From the human T2T-CHM13v2.0 reference genome, Homo sapiens, in NCBI RefSeq assembly GCF_009914755.1, contig NC_060935.1: 64,000 nt of DNA; one strand, 5' to 3'. A program made the position numbers and the translations under genes. A model generated the notes under the pieces. That model saw only the letters and a list, made by a program, of their open reading frames with translations, was not told the DNA's origin and searched no databases. The first letter of the stretch is position 1. Each line of letters starts with the position of its first letter. Positions 1-27,121 of the stretch are shown one piece after another.

Positions 1-83
1 GCCCCCATTTTAAAGTGGGGAATGTCAGAAGACTTAGAAGGAATCATTCTCTGGGAAGCAGAGAATTTAGAATCTTAGGTGCA

Positions 84-587
84 GCCGGGCATGGTGGCTC
101 ATCCCTATAATCCTAGCACTTTGGGAGGCTGAGACAGGTAGGTAGCTTGAGCTTAGGAGTTAGAGACCAGCCTGGGCAACATGGTGAAAACCATCACTAC
201 AAAAAACACAAAAATTAGCTGGGTGTGGTGACGGCTGCCTGTAGTGCCCAGCTACTTGGGGGGTGCTGAGGCAGGAGGATTACTTGTACCCAGGAGATTT
301 GAGGCTGCAGTGAGCCAAGATTGTGCCACTGCACTCCCGCCTGGGTAACAAATGAGACCCCATCTCAAAAAATAAGAGACCAGCCCAGGCAACATGACGA
401 AACCCCATCTCTACAAAAATACAAAAATTAGCCAGGTGTGGTGGTGTGCACCTGTAGTCCCAGCTACTCAGGTGGCTGAGGTGGAAGGATCACTTGAGCA
501 AGGGAGGTTGAGGCTGCAGTGAGCCAAGATCGCACCACTGTACTCCAGCCTGGGCAACAGAGCGAGACCCTGTCTCAAAAAAAAAAT
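84..587 (+). mobile_element. Alu plus 5'-truncated Alu (ZNF143 last intron)
   Basis: GCCGGGCATGGTGGCTCA... Alu consensus with A tails. Confidence 0.9.
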
Positions 588-807
588 TAGAATGTAAAGT
601 AAAATAGAATCCTAGGGGCTAGGTGCAGATTACCTGTCCTTAGGGAGATTTTTTTTCCGCCCACGTGTTTACTTGATAAAGAGTTAGAACACACTCCAGG
701 AAATGTCAGCTGTTGGCTTTATGTAGTTTATGGGTATAGAAGCTAAAGGCTCAAGAAGCTCTCTTTTGTTGGCTGAGGTAAGCATCTTTTGTCTCTTGCA
801 TGTATGA

Positions 808-1495
<688 letters not shown>

Positions 1496-1726
1496 GAGAC
1501 CTCATCATATCACCAGGCCTGGCTGCACATAGGATTTGAAATTCAAAAAAGAAAAAGAAATTGCATTGCATTATTCTCCCCTGCAGGAAATTGTTTTGTT
1601 CTCTTAATGTTTGAGTTAGCAGTAGTATTTTAACAATCCCAAGTGTCAGAATTACAGAGAGAAGTTTCACTTCTGGCATATAACATTTCTTTGGCATTTT
1701 CTTGACTGTGGCTTTTGAATTGTTAG

Positions 1727-1837
<111 letters not shown>

Positions 1838-2520
1838 TCCTCAGAACAATGGAGCAATAAAGCAGAAGGAGTCTTTCATCTTCTGGCAGCAGAAATCCAT
1901 GAAGCCCGGGCCCAGGAAAATTAGAAGTTTTCCATTCCTGATACACTGTACACATTTTTATGCGAGAGTGGAGAACATTTTATTCTTGACACTTTTGTGT
2001 ATATAACCCTTGGAATAGATTCTCAGAGTGATTCATTGTGTACAAGGAAGTATGAAATTAGGGCAATACAGTAAATTTTCATGTTACTCTTTTATCAGAT
2101 CACAAACTCCTAGAGTCTACATGCAAGACTAGTAAAGTCTTATGGAGTCTTATGATGGATTTTTAACTTCCCGTGGAAAAAAAAATAAAGGCTGTATCTA
2201 AAATATCAAAGGTTCTATATGTCACACAATCGTAATTCCAAAAGCCATTATGGATAATAAAGGGTGTAAAGCCTTCAGATATTTCCCCAGTTAGTAGAGT
2301 GTCTGCGGTTTTTGTTCTACTATATGCTTGTCCATTTTTATTTGTATCTCATGGTTTGCAGACTGTTTGAATAATTTATAGTTTCCCATCCCTGTTAAAA
2401 ACCAGCTCTTCAAGCTGAAATGCTAATTATATTGGCATTACATTGAATTATGTACAAAATTATAAAATTTGGTTATTTAAAATTAAAAAGTTAAATCCAG
2501 TGGTTTTGTTAAAGATTTTG
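1838..2520 (+). other. ZNF143: ZNF143 3'UTR with several candidate poly(A) signals
   Basis: AT-rich, repeat-free sequence after TAA; AATAAA at 1856, 2184 and 2256, ATTAAA at 2482; 3' end approximate. Confidence 0.65.
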
Positions 2521-2879
2521 CTTAGTATTCAATTTTTATTACTGTTTTTTAAAAATAATGAATCATCAAAGTTTAACCACAGGCTGGTGCCCGGGATAAC
2601 AGTACTGTAATTGGAAATGGCTTTACTCTGAAAATTAGGTTAGTGGGTTGGTGTAAATTATTTATTTTTGCTTATGTACTTTTGTTTTAAAGCTTATTTA
2701 CCCCAAAGTTTATTATTAATTTTGAATACAGCAATTTTTAAAATGTTACTTTTATATTTATTTATTTATCATATTGGTGGGGGGTTGGGGGGAAATGGTG
2801 CAGAAAATATCGCAAATGTAATGGAATGTAACCTAATACACATATTGAAAGGATGTTGTTTATCAAGTACAGAGTAAGT

Positions 2880-3078
2880 GCTTTTCCATATATTTTTATA
2901 TATTCACAACAATTTTGTGAGACATATGGGATTTACTACCTCCGTTTTTTACATGAGGAAACCAAGAGTCCAGGAGGGAGGCTGACTGTCGTACCAGCCC
3001 TCACAGCTATGGAGAGGCAGGACCAAGACGAGAACCCAGACTTTCTGGCTCCAAGTCTAGTGTGTTTTCACTGCACCA
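2880..3078 (-). mobile_element. MIR-like SINE remnant
   Basis: ttttacatgaggaaacc...gaacccagactttctggctccaagtc resembles the MIR core; strand tentative. Confidence 0.55.
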
Positions 3079-4884
3079 CAGTTACCTCCTCAAATGCTCA
3101 TTTGTGGCAGAGATTATCAAGATGAACTTTGGTGATTTCTGATTGCCTAATGAATTGAGCAGTATAAAAACCATTTTCTAATGCTGGAAAATCAGCGTTC
3201 ACCAAGGTCAAAAAAAAAAAAAAAAAGATGGTGTGTTCCGCAGCAGCCCCTCCTGCACTGTAGTTCAGCGAGCTTTATTTGCAGAGAGCTGAAATGTGGC
3301 TTTTTCATTTCAAGCTTTACAGTAGAAAGGGGAAAACGTTGTGCTGTTTTATTTTACATAAATGTTATCTTTGATCAGGTTCTATGATCTTGCTAAAAAG
3401 GATGGTGACTTACTTGAAATCGGAAGCCCTTCAGGGTTGGGCAGAACTTTTCCTGCAGAACCCTTTACAGATGCATAACATTAGCAAAAGCCCTAGTCAA
3501 CCACCGATCGAGTCTTCATTCTTGACAGAGACACAGACCCACACAGAACTCCCCCCGGAAGCCCACTGAGGCTCAGAAAGGGGCTGTTGGGCGGGGTAGA
3601 AGACCAGAATCTGCAAAATCGCAGGCAGGGTGGCGCCCAGCCTCCCAGTGCTGGTCCTGGCTGCTGGCCAGGAGCTCCTCCCCACTGGGCCCAGCCAGGC
3701 TGCTGTACTTCCCAGGACCAAAAACCAAGCTGTCAGCCTCCCATGGCCCCTTAGATCTGACTTTGCTCAAATTCCAGGGTGTTTCTCTTTACTCCCAGCA
3801 CCTTTGCCAGTTGGATTGGGCAGGGCTTAACCTGGACTGTTTTGGTTAGCCTGATTATCCCTCAGCTCAAAAGAAAATGACCTCTGGCACCCAGAGAAAA
3901 GGGCCTAGGGTCGCTGCTAGTTTAACCTGACCTGCCTTCTTGGGAATGGGGCCTCAGGAGCCTGGCAAGGTGGCCTGTTTCCTCCAGGGGAAGGGTGCAG
4001 TTGGTGTGCTGACAATTGCTAGGAAAGCTGCTATAGGGTCTCTTCACAGTGCAGGACATGGAAACGTCCAAGGTTGAAAAATCCCAAAAAGACACTTGAA
4101 ATAAGAGTAAACGCTAGCAAACAGAACCAGGTGGGGCATAACCCTCTGGAATTTGATCCAGACAGTGCTCAAGGAAAACCTCTCCGTCCAAAAAAACCAC
4201 CCTGCTTTGCCCCAGACAAAGCTTGAGGCCACTACAAAGAAAATGTGCCCTAGTCTGAACTCAAAAGAACTTAGAGTTAAGGGAGGGACGAGGCTTTCTT
4301 AATTCTCTAGAGGTGACAGCTGCCCAGAGAGCCAGATCTCTCCTTCCCCTCCTACCCACCCCCAGGCCTTCAGGGCAAACTAACTTTGTACAGTGTCTCT
4401 TGCTTGCTGCTTGCCTTCCCGTGTGACAGCCCTGGGGCTAGGTAAGCAACTTGGGAAACTGTGGTCTCAGTGCTGAAACTGACTGGACTCCATTTATCAA
4501 CCCAAGGAGTTTACCGTCCAGTATTTCCTGGCTCAGATAAGATTATAGACTAGTCAACTATTGGTAGACCTCAGCAGCGAGCGAGGAGTGGGATGTGAAA
4601 AAGAAGGGGGCAGAGCTGAAGTCTAGTGTCGAAGAGGAAAAGGGAGCGTGTTGGAAGGGGAGAAAAGCTGCCTCAGCCTCCTGCATGATAAGCACTTTCT
4701 GTACCTAGGTTTCCTTCAGGGATGACGCTTTCAAGGAATACTCCAGCCAAATACTCCCCTTCTGCCTGAGGGACAGGACACGCCTGCATGGGCATGTGAT
4801 CAGTACAGTTTGAACAAGAAAGTGCACTCAGAAGGGCCCTGGATTTGGGGTTTAATGGACTGTGGTTGCAGTCTTGAAATTCTT

Positions 4885-5172
<288 letters not shown>

Positions 5173-5896
5173 CTGCGGTCTTGATGTCTATCTTTGTGTG
5201 TGTTTTGTAAATGAAGTCTCATGCATCAACAAAGCATGTGCTGGGGGCTTAGCGCCTGAGCTTACACACAGCTCCACCGGCTGCTGCCTCCCTGGAAGTG
5301 CTCTCACCACCACTGCCCCACCTGGCCTCTCCCTCCTTGCCCTCACCCTGCAACTGCTGCCACCCTCTAACCTTGGCAGGAGTCTGATCCCAGTTCAGGG
5401 AGGGTTGGGGCGTGGTGGTGGCCATCCCCACTCCAGGCTGGCAGCACCACAGTGCTCCTGGTGGACAATCAGCCTTAGTTGAGCCTTGAAAGGGGCAAGA
5501 CTTTTGCCCAGCCCTTTACTGACAGTGTCCCAGTTCTGAGTTTTAAAGACACTGGTAGCCCATTTGCTGTAGGCTGAGGTGGCAGGCCTGTGGGAAGGGG
5601 AGACACCTGGAGGAAAGGGAACCTGGAACCTGTCAGACCCAACAGAGCACCTGCCCACAGGCATCTGTGAGGTCCCCTGCCCTGGAGGCTTTCTCAGCAG
5701 GCTCTGTGCCTGGAGGAATCCTCTCTTCCTCCTTCCAACTTTCCTGAGCCTGGCTTGTGTTTGTTGTGCCTTTGAACCAGCAGGAGATAACCCTTCTGGG
5801 ATGAACCACAAAATTCAAATTGTATAATTTCAGTGATTCCAAATATGAGATAAATATTCTGATATTCACATTTAAACTTGGCATTATATGATATAA

Positions 5897-6235
<339 letters not shown>

Positions 6236-6339
6236 CTGTAGTTTTTCTTAGAATGACATTAAGTAGCAAATAAGCACCATGACAAGTCAAGAGAAAGACT
6301 ATAAAAGAAGGAAAAAGCTTATGTCTACCATTTTGTGTA

Positions 6340-7440
<1,101 letters not shown>

Positions 7441-7916
7441 GTACCTTTAAAAGCAAGTTTTTCCTGTCTTTTGACCAAGAGGTTGCGTATTTTCATTTTT
7501 GCACGGAGCCGCACAGATTATGTAGCCTGTCCTGCTGAGGCGTGCGCTTCTATTAGCCCTTCTGTTTTTGCTGCAGATGTGTGACCTGTGTTTTGGGAAT
7601 ATATTATCTCTTGTTAGATTATGGGCTCCTTTAAGACAGCTGGGGATTTAAATTTCCCGGTAACTCCTGGAGGTCTTGCAGAGTAGCAGGGCACCTCTAG
7701 CTGTTCCCTCCAGTTCCAAACTCACGTGGCTTGAGATGTACAGAGAGATTCCTCAATTCTCCCTGCAGGAGTTTCGTTTTGCTTCTAGAGCACGGCTAAA
7801 CTGCAAGGACAGAAAATCTTGCTGAGAATGAAGAATGCTCAAAATTCAGGATAATTGCATGAATAGTTAAAATTGCCTGGCAAAAGCTTTTTCTGCTCAC
7901 TTTTCTGCATTCAGAC

Positions 7917-8834
7917 TGTGAAACAAAAATAGAATCTTGGGACCTCAAATTCACTAGGCCAAAGCTTGGGAACTGAGTCATGCAAACAAAAAAGCAAAAA
8001 TAAAACAAAAATACGGCCTTTCTTTTGTTCCCAAAGAGCTGTAATTTCACATGCTCACCTTATCTTATAAAAAATGTAGATTGACTGAGCATGAGACTAA
8101 TGCATAATTGACTTTTCCTCTACCCCTTTCTTTTTACATGTAAAACATAGACTCACTGAACTCTAACCGGAGCCTCACAAGAATGTAACCACTTGCCTCA
8201 TTGCCTACCCACCCTCCTTTTTTTTTTTTCCCTTCCCCTCCTGCTTGCCCTTTCCTCTGTGAAAGGAAAATAAAAACTTGGGACCCTAATTTCACTATGC
8301 CAAAAGAAAAATATTAAGCTGAAAGCTGAATTATCCAAGAAGTTACTTTTCCTTTTGTTCCTAAGCAAGTAGCTACAGATAAAAAGTTAAGTATCTCCAC
8401 AGAGCTACTCTATGTTCACCTTAGCTGCTACAAAGATGAATATATAATTGACTATTCCCCTACCTGCTCCTTTTCTCTTGCAACATGTGGATTCAGTCAT
8501 GTGACCATACCCTCCGTCTTTCCCCTCCAGCCTGCTTTTCCCACTTTTAAATATTGAAGCCCTCAAAACCATATTTGGAGAAAGGCACAGACCTGTCTCC
8601 CAAGTGCACGTCCTTAACGCTGGCAACATAAATTTCTAAATTAATTGTTACCTATCTCAGATACTTTTTGGTTTACACCTCTTGAAATATTGAAGTTCCC
8701 CAAATCCTCTTTGGAAAAACACGGGTCACAGATCGTATTGTGACTTGGGTTTCTTTTTCCCAGGCACGTCCTCAGCCTTGGCAAAATAAACTTTGAATCA
8801 GTTGAGATCTGCCATGGTCATGTTTTGGTTTACA
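7917..8834 (+). mobile_element. MER4-group ERV1 solo LTR (outer)
   Basis: TGTGAAA...GGTTTACA termini, flanks AGAC/AGAT, AATAAA near the 3' end; orientation from the poly(A) signal. Confidence 0.8.
8258..8677 (+). mobile_element. MER4-group ERV1 solo LTR (inner, nested)
   Basis: TGTGAAAGGAAAATAAAAACTTGGGACCC...GGTTTACA with 4-bp TSD CCTC (8254-8257 and 8678-8681). Confidence 0.82.
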
Positions 8835-9917
8835 AGATGAAAGAAAATGAGATTCCAGCTCTAATGTCAATTCCAGATTTCTTCCCACTTTGCCTCACTG
8901 CTGCAGGGGTTCCCTGGCACGCACAGGTCACAGCACACAGAAGCCCCCCACAAGCCTAATCACTAATCTGCCCCAAAGCCCCCCAGCCTAGGAAAGGGAT
9001 GTGGAAAACAGCTCTAATCTGGGTGCAGACTCAGTGCCAGTGCCCTTCACACAAATTCTGCAAATTCTAAAGAAAACCCAAAGTGGTAAAAAAAAAAAAA
9101 AAAAAAATCTCTGCTGCCCCAAGGGGTTTGGCTTATCTTTTTAAATAGGAAATCTTTACTCCAAGCCAGTGACAGGGCTTTTGTGCTGATGAGGGCCCTA
9201 GGAGCACAGTAGGTCCCGCTTGAGGGCAGCTCCCACACTCACCTGATGTTTTATTCAGCTAAAACTCATTAGGCATGTTTCCCCACTGCCTTAGGGCTTT
9301 TCTAATATCCTGAAATTGCTTCATGTTCTTTTAACCGAAAAAGCAGGGGCAACAGAAAAATGGGAGCGCTTCTTTTTTTTTTTACAAAGGTGGGCTTCAC
9401 TGTTGGAAAGCTGGTGGAACCTTTGGGTATTTCAAAGCCAAAAAGAAAAGCAGCTGGTTAATGAATTAAAGGCAGGATGGTGGGCCTTGGGGTCCACCAC
9501 CAGCAGGAGGCGCTGTGGAGGTCCAGGGAGCAATCCATCTGCTTGCTTCACCATTTCCTTCTGGGACAAATGAGCCAGCTGTGCCTTGATGGGGGCAGTC
9601 AAAACAAGGCAAGTGATGAGAAGAACCCTGACAGCCTCAGGCCATTGGGACATCACTAAAGAGGAAATGCCCTCACCAGACTAGTTTTGTCTCCTTGCAC
9701 AATCTGGCAGCCTCTTTTGGTTTTATAGCCAGTGTTGACCAAGATGATACTTCCAGGAGTAGCTCAGATTTGGCTTCCTGAGACGCCAGTTGCAATCCTG
9801 TGACAAGAAGGTGCTGAGAACTAATCATTCTCACACAGGCACTTCCAGGGCAAATCTCTGCCAGGCCTAAGGAGTCTCCGGCCCCAGCCACTCATTCCTA
9901 GCAACATTCCACACTCT

Positions 9918-10521
<604 letters not shown>

Positions 10522-10727
10522 CATTCCACACTCTTAAACCCAGTCTTAAGGTGAGGCCAGGCTGCTGCCGTATTTGCCGTTCTGCATGCCTTCTACAGTC
10601 TTAGGAGAAGGTCTACATGGTCACCTTCCTTCATCCCCACAGGGAAAGTCACTTGCTCATCCACAGGCAGAGCCCTGTCCAGGGCTCCAGTGTCAACCAT
10701 GACTGGAGACAATAGGCTGTCAATAGA

Positions 10728-10819
10728 TTCTATCCCAAGTTCTTGGACAAGAAATTTTGGAATAAATGCCAAACTTATAGGATAAATGCCAAATTCTTGT
10801 CCAAGAACTTGGGATAGAA
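10728..10819. repeat. Perfect 26-bp inverted repeat with 40-nt loop
   Basis: TTCTATCCCAAGTTCTTGGACAAGAA (10728-10753) / TTCTTGTCCAAGAACTTGGGATAGAA (10794-10819). Confidence 0.95.
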
Positions 10820-11149
10820 GCCCCATTGCTGCCCTGCCCTTGGACCCAAGTCTAATAAGTGGGCTCTGACATTGTTCTTGAGGATTGACTCTGCCTTGAT
10901 CACCTCTCCTGGCCCCCAGACTTGCTAAACTGTGGCTATGTTTATCCCAGCAAAACTCCACAGGACTCAGAGTTACTGAAATCCAGCCTGGTAGCAAGGG
11001 GTCTTATTCAAGGGGTCTTATTCCTACCATGACTCCTCTCTCCTCCTGCCCCTGAATTCTCTACCCTTCAGAGGAGCTTTTTTTTGTTTGTTTTATTTTA
11101 TTTTATTTTAATCCTATGACACTACTTTTTTGCCTGATTGCCACTGTTA

Positions 11150-13739
<2,590 letters not shown>

Positions 13740-14775
13740 TAAAATTATTATTTGTTTTAAAGAAATAAAATGACAAGCCCTCCACCTCAAGCAAATAACA
13801 GTTTGAAAAAGATTTTCTATCTTTGGTCATCAAATTTGAACTACAGTTCTTAAATATAAGGCTCATATAAGTTGATTATAATAAAGTAGTTTGAATTTAG
13901 GCTCCAATGTTAGGTTTGAAGTGGAAAAGTAGGATTGGTTTTCAGCAACTTTTTTTTTTTTTTTTTTTTTGAGACGGAGTCTCACTCTGTAGCAATGTTT
14001 TCTTTCAGGATGGGTGGACTTCTTGTTTGGGTTACTTATCTTTATCCTCTGAATATCCAACTATTCTCATTGTCAGGACTCCACTCAGAGGTACCCATAA
14101 ACAGAAAGGACCCACTGGCCACTTCTCCAGGACAGCAAGGTAGTGGACATGCACAAGGACCTTGCCCCTGTTCAGATCCATGAAAGAAGTGCTGTGCCTC
14201 CCTTGACTTGATAAAGAAGGAGCCAATTTCTTCCCAGTTTCCTCGAGAACTCACAGGTGACAAAACAACTTCAGCCCCTATGTCCACAGTGTGTGCTATT
14301 ATACTTTGCCTGGAGAGGAAAAACCTGTTATCCTTAACTACCCTCACTGGCTCTTCTCTTCCTCACTGAGTATCAGAAGACCAAGAGGAGAAAATAAAGC
14401 TTGCTAGTTTCTTACCCATACTGTTATTCTATGAGTAAAGACCCACTCATTCAAAGAAAACCAATCTGTTTCTAGCTCCACTCCTGAAACTAGGAAGTTG
14501 GTCCTTAGCCTGATGAAGTCAACCTCTTGGAGAAATTTTTAAGTTCTTTTTTATTTATTTATTTTTTATTATTATACTTTAAGTTTTAGGGTACATGTGC
14601 ACAATGTGCAGGTTAGTTACATATGTATACATGTGCCATGCTGATGCGCTGCACCCACTAACTCATCATCTAGCATTAGGTATATCTCCCAATGCTATCC
14701 CTCCCGCCTCCCCCCACCCCACAACAGTCCCCAGAGTGTGATGTTCCCCTTCCTGTGTCCAGGTGTTCTCATTGT

Positions 14776-18602
<3,827 letters not shown>

Positions 18603-18665
18603 TATGATGTTAGCTGGTGATTTTGCTCGTTAGTTGATGCAGTTTCTTCCTAGTCTCGATGGTCT

Positions 18666-19682
18666 TTACATTTTGGCATGATTTTGCAGTGGCTGGTACC
18701 GGTTGTTCCTTTCCATGTTTAGCGCTTCCTTCAGGAGCTCTTTTAGGGCAGGCCTGGTGGTGACAAAATCTCTCAGCATTTGCTTGTCTGTAAAGTATTT
18801 TATTTCTCCTTCACTTATGAAGCTTAGTTTGGCTGGATATGAAATTCTGGGTTGAAAATTCTTTTCTTTAAGAATGTTGAATATTGGCCCTCACTCTCTT
18901 CTGGCTTGTAGAGTTTCTGCTGAGAGATCAGCTGTTAGTCTGATGGGCTTCGTTTTGTGGGTAACCCGACCTTTCTCTCTGGCTGCCCTTAACATTTTTT
19001 CCTTCATTTCAACTTTGGTGAATCTGACAATTACGTGTCTTGGTGTTGCTCTTCTCAAGGAGTATCTTTGTGGCATTCTCTGTATTTCCTGAATCTGAAT
19101 GGTGGCCTGCCTTGCTAGACTGGGGAAGTTCTCCTGGATAATATCCTACAGAGTGTTTTCCAACTTGGTTCCATTCTCCCCATCACTTTCAGGTACACCA
19201 ATCAGACATAGATTTGGTCTTTTCACATAGTCCCATATTTCTTGGAGGCTTTGCTCGTTTCTTTTTATTCTTTTTTCTCTAAACTTCCCTTCTCACTTCA
19301 TTTCATACATTTCATCTTCCATCGCTGATACCCTTTCTTCCAGTTGATCACATCGGCTCCTGAGTCTTCTGCATTCTTCACTTAGTTCTCAAGCCTTGGT
19401 TTTCAGCTCCATCAGCTCCTTTAAGCACTTCTCTGTATTGATTATTCTAGTTATACATTCTCCTAAATTTTTTTCAAAGTTTTCAACTTCTTTGCCTTTG
19501 GTTTGAATGTCCTCCCGTAGCTCAGAGTAATTTGATCGTCTGAAGCCTTCTTCTCTCAGCTCGTCAAAGTCATTCTCCGTCCAGCTTTGTTCCATTGCTG
19601 GTGAGGAACTGCATTCCTTTGGAGGAGGAGAGGCGCTCTGCTTTTTAGAGCTTCCAGTTTTTCTGTTCTGTTTTTTCCCCAT
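18666..19682 (-). pseudogene. L1 ORF1p, interrupted
   Basis: MGKKQNRKTG...MELKTKA* premature stop at 19389; later fragment RRATPRHVIVRFTKVEMKEKMLRAARE; 3' end approximate. Confidence 0.9.
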
Positions 19683-20137
19683 CTTTGTGGTTTTATCTAC
19701 TTTTGGTCTTTGATGATGGTGATGTACAGATGGGTTGTTGGTGTGGATGTCCTTTCTGTTTGTTAGTTTTCCTTCTAACAGACAGGACCCTCAGCTGCAG
19801 GTCTGTTGGAGTGCCCGGCCGTGTGAGGTGTCAGTCTGCCCCTGCTAGGGGGTGCCTCCCAGTTAGGCTGCTGGGGGGTCAGGGGTCAGGGACCCACTTG
19901 AGGAGGCAGTCTGCCCGTTCTCAGATCTCCAGCTGCATGCTGGGAGAACCACTGCTCTCTTCAAAGCTGTCAGACAGAGACATTTAAGTCTGCAGAGGTT
20001 ACTGCTGTCTTTTTGTTTGTCTGTGCCCTGCCCCCAGAGGTGGAGCCTACAGAGGCAGGCAGGCCTCCTTGAGCTGTGGTGGGCTCCACCCAATTCGAGC
20101 TTCCCGGCTGCTTTGTTTACCTAAGCAAGCCTGGGCA

Positions 20138-20446
20138 ATGGCGGGTGCCCCTCCCCCAGCCTCGCTGCCACCTTGCAGTTTGATCTCAGAGTGCTGTGCT
20201 AGCAATCAGCGAGACTCCGTGGGCCTAGGACCCTCCGAGCCAGGTGCGGGATATAATCTCCTGGTGTGCCGTTTTTTAAGCCCGTCGGAAAAGCGCAGTA
20301 TTCGGGTGGGAGTGACCCGATTTTCCAGGTGCCATCTGTCACCACTTTGTTTGACTAGGAAAGGGAACTCCCTGACCCCTTGCGCTTCCCGAGTGAGGCA
20401 ATGCCTCGCCCTGCTTCGGCTCGCACACGGTGCGCGCACTCACTGA
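20138..20446 (+). CDS. L1 ORF0-like antisense ORF, 102 aa (potential)
   Basis: MAGAPPPASLPPCSLISECCASNQRDSVG... matches primate L1 ORF0; GT donors after nt 106 (20243) and nt 191 (20328); expression unknown. Confidence 0.6.
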   Translation: MAGAPPPASLPPCSLISECCASNQRDSVGLGPSEPGAGYNLLVCRFLSPSEKRSIRVGVTRFSRCHLSPLCLTRKGNSLTPCASRVRQCLALLRLAHGARTH

Positions 20447-20649
20447 CCTGCACCCACTGTCTGGCACTCTCTAGTGAGATGAACCCGGTACCTCAGATGG
20501 AAATGCAGAAATCACCCGTCTTCTGCGTGGCTCACACTGGGAGCTGTAGACTGGAGCTGTTCCTATTCGGCCATCTTGGCTCCTCCCGCCGAAATTTTTA
20601 AGTTCTAAACAACTCTTTAATCAGTGACAAACCAAAACTGAATTACAGA

Positions 20650-23458
<2,809 letters not shown>

Positions 23459-23518
23459 TTAAAACAATCAAAAAATTAAAATTAAAAACATTAAAAAGGA
23501 AAAACAAAATGTAAAACT

Positions 23519-26079
<2,561 letters not shown>

Positions 26080-26807
26080 TCAACATCAGCCAGAGTGTGT
26101 GTGAGCAATCCTAATGTTCTGAGGCTAGAATGGGGTTGGTGGAGGAGACACAACAGAGCCTTTAACGCTGCTCTTGACATTGCACTGCACCACATTGAAG
26201 TGAGGCTACAATGAACCAGAGGGATCCAGGAAGCCCTCTTCCTTATCAGCACCTCTCCACGGACTGCAGGCAGAGCAGAAAGCTGTTTGTCTGACGGTGG
26301 CGGGAAGGTCATTCCAGATGAAGAAACCAGATTAAAAAACAGAAGCACAGGCTCCTTTCCCAAGAGCAAAGCTAGAGGAGGGACAAAGCCACGTGAGGAA
26401 ATGAGGAAGGGTCAGGCATATGTGGCTTGAAAGAGAGGAGAGCTCTAAGTATATCAGAAAAGGCAAGGGGATGGCTCTTCAGGACTCATGTCGTAATTCT
26501 GTCTGCCCTATCCTGTTTCAGAGATGACAAGGCCTTCCTCCTGGCTCTCTCTTTAGTAGGCACCTAAGCACTTTGACTTATTGTTCTCTCATTCAATCCA
26601 TGCAACAACTCTTAGAAGTCAGATTTTTTGACAGTTTTTAAAATTTACTTATAAAAATTTATTTTTAATTTTCGAGGGTATGTAGTAGGTATATATGTTT
26701 ATGGGGCATATGGGATATTTTGATACAGCCATACAATGTGTAATAATCACATCAGGGGAAATGAGGCATCCATCCCCTCAAGCATTTATCCTTTGTGTTA
26801 TAAATAA

Positions 26808-27059
<252 letters not shown>

Positions 27060-27121
27060 TGATCCTCCCCCCTCGGCCTCCCAAAGTCCTGGGATTACAG
27101 GCATGAGCCACTGCGCCTGAC

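Noticed and set aside
7692-7704. CTCF-like motif (CAGCTAGAGGTGC on minus strand)
   Set aside because: Degenerate match that cannot be scored by eye
10593-10997. Minus-strand ORF with VDTGA (aspartic protease-like motif)
   Set aside because: Four-residue motif only, non-ATG start, runs through the palindrome, no other protease features recognisable
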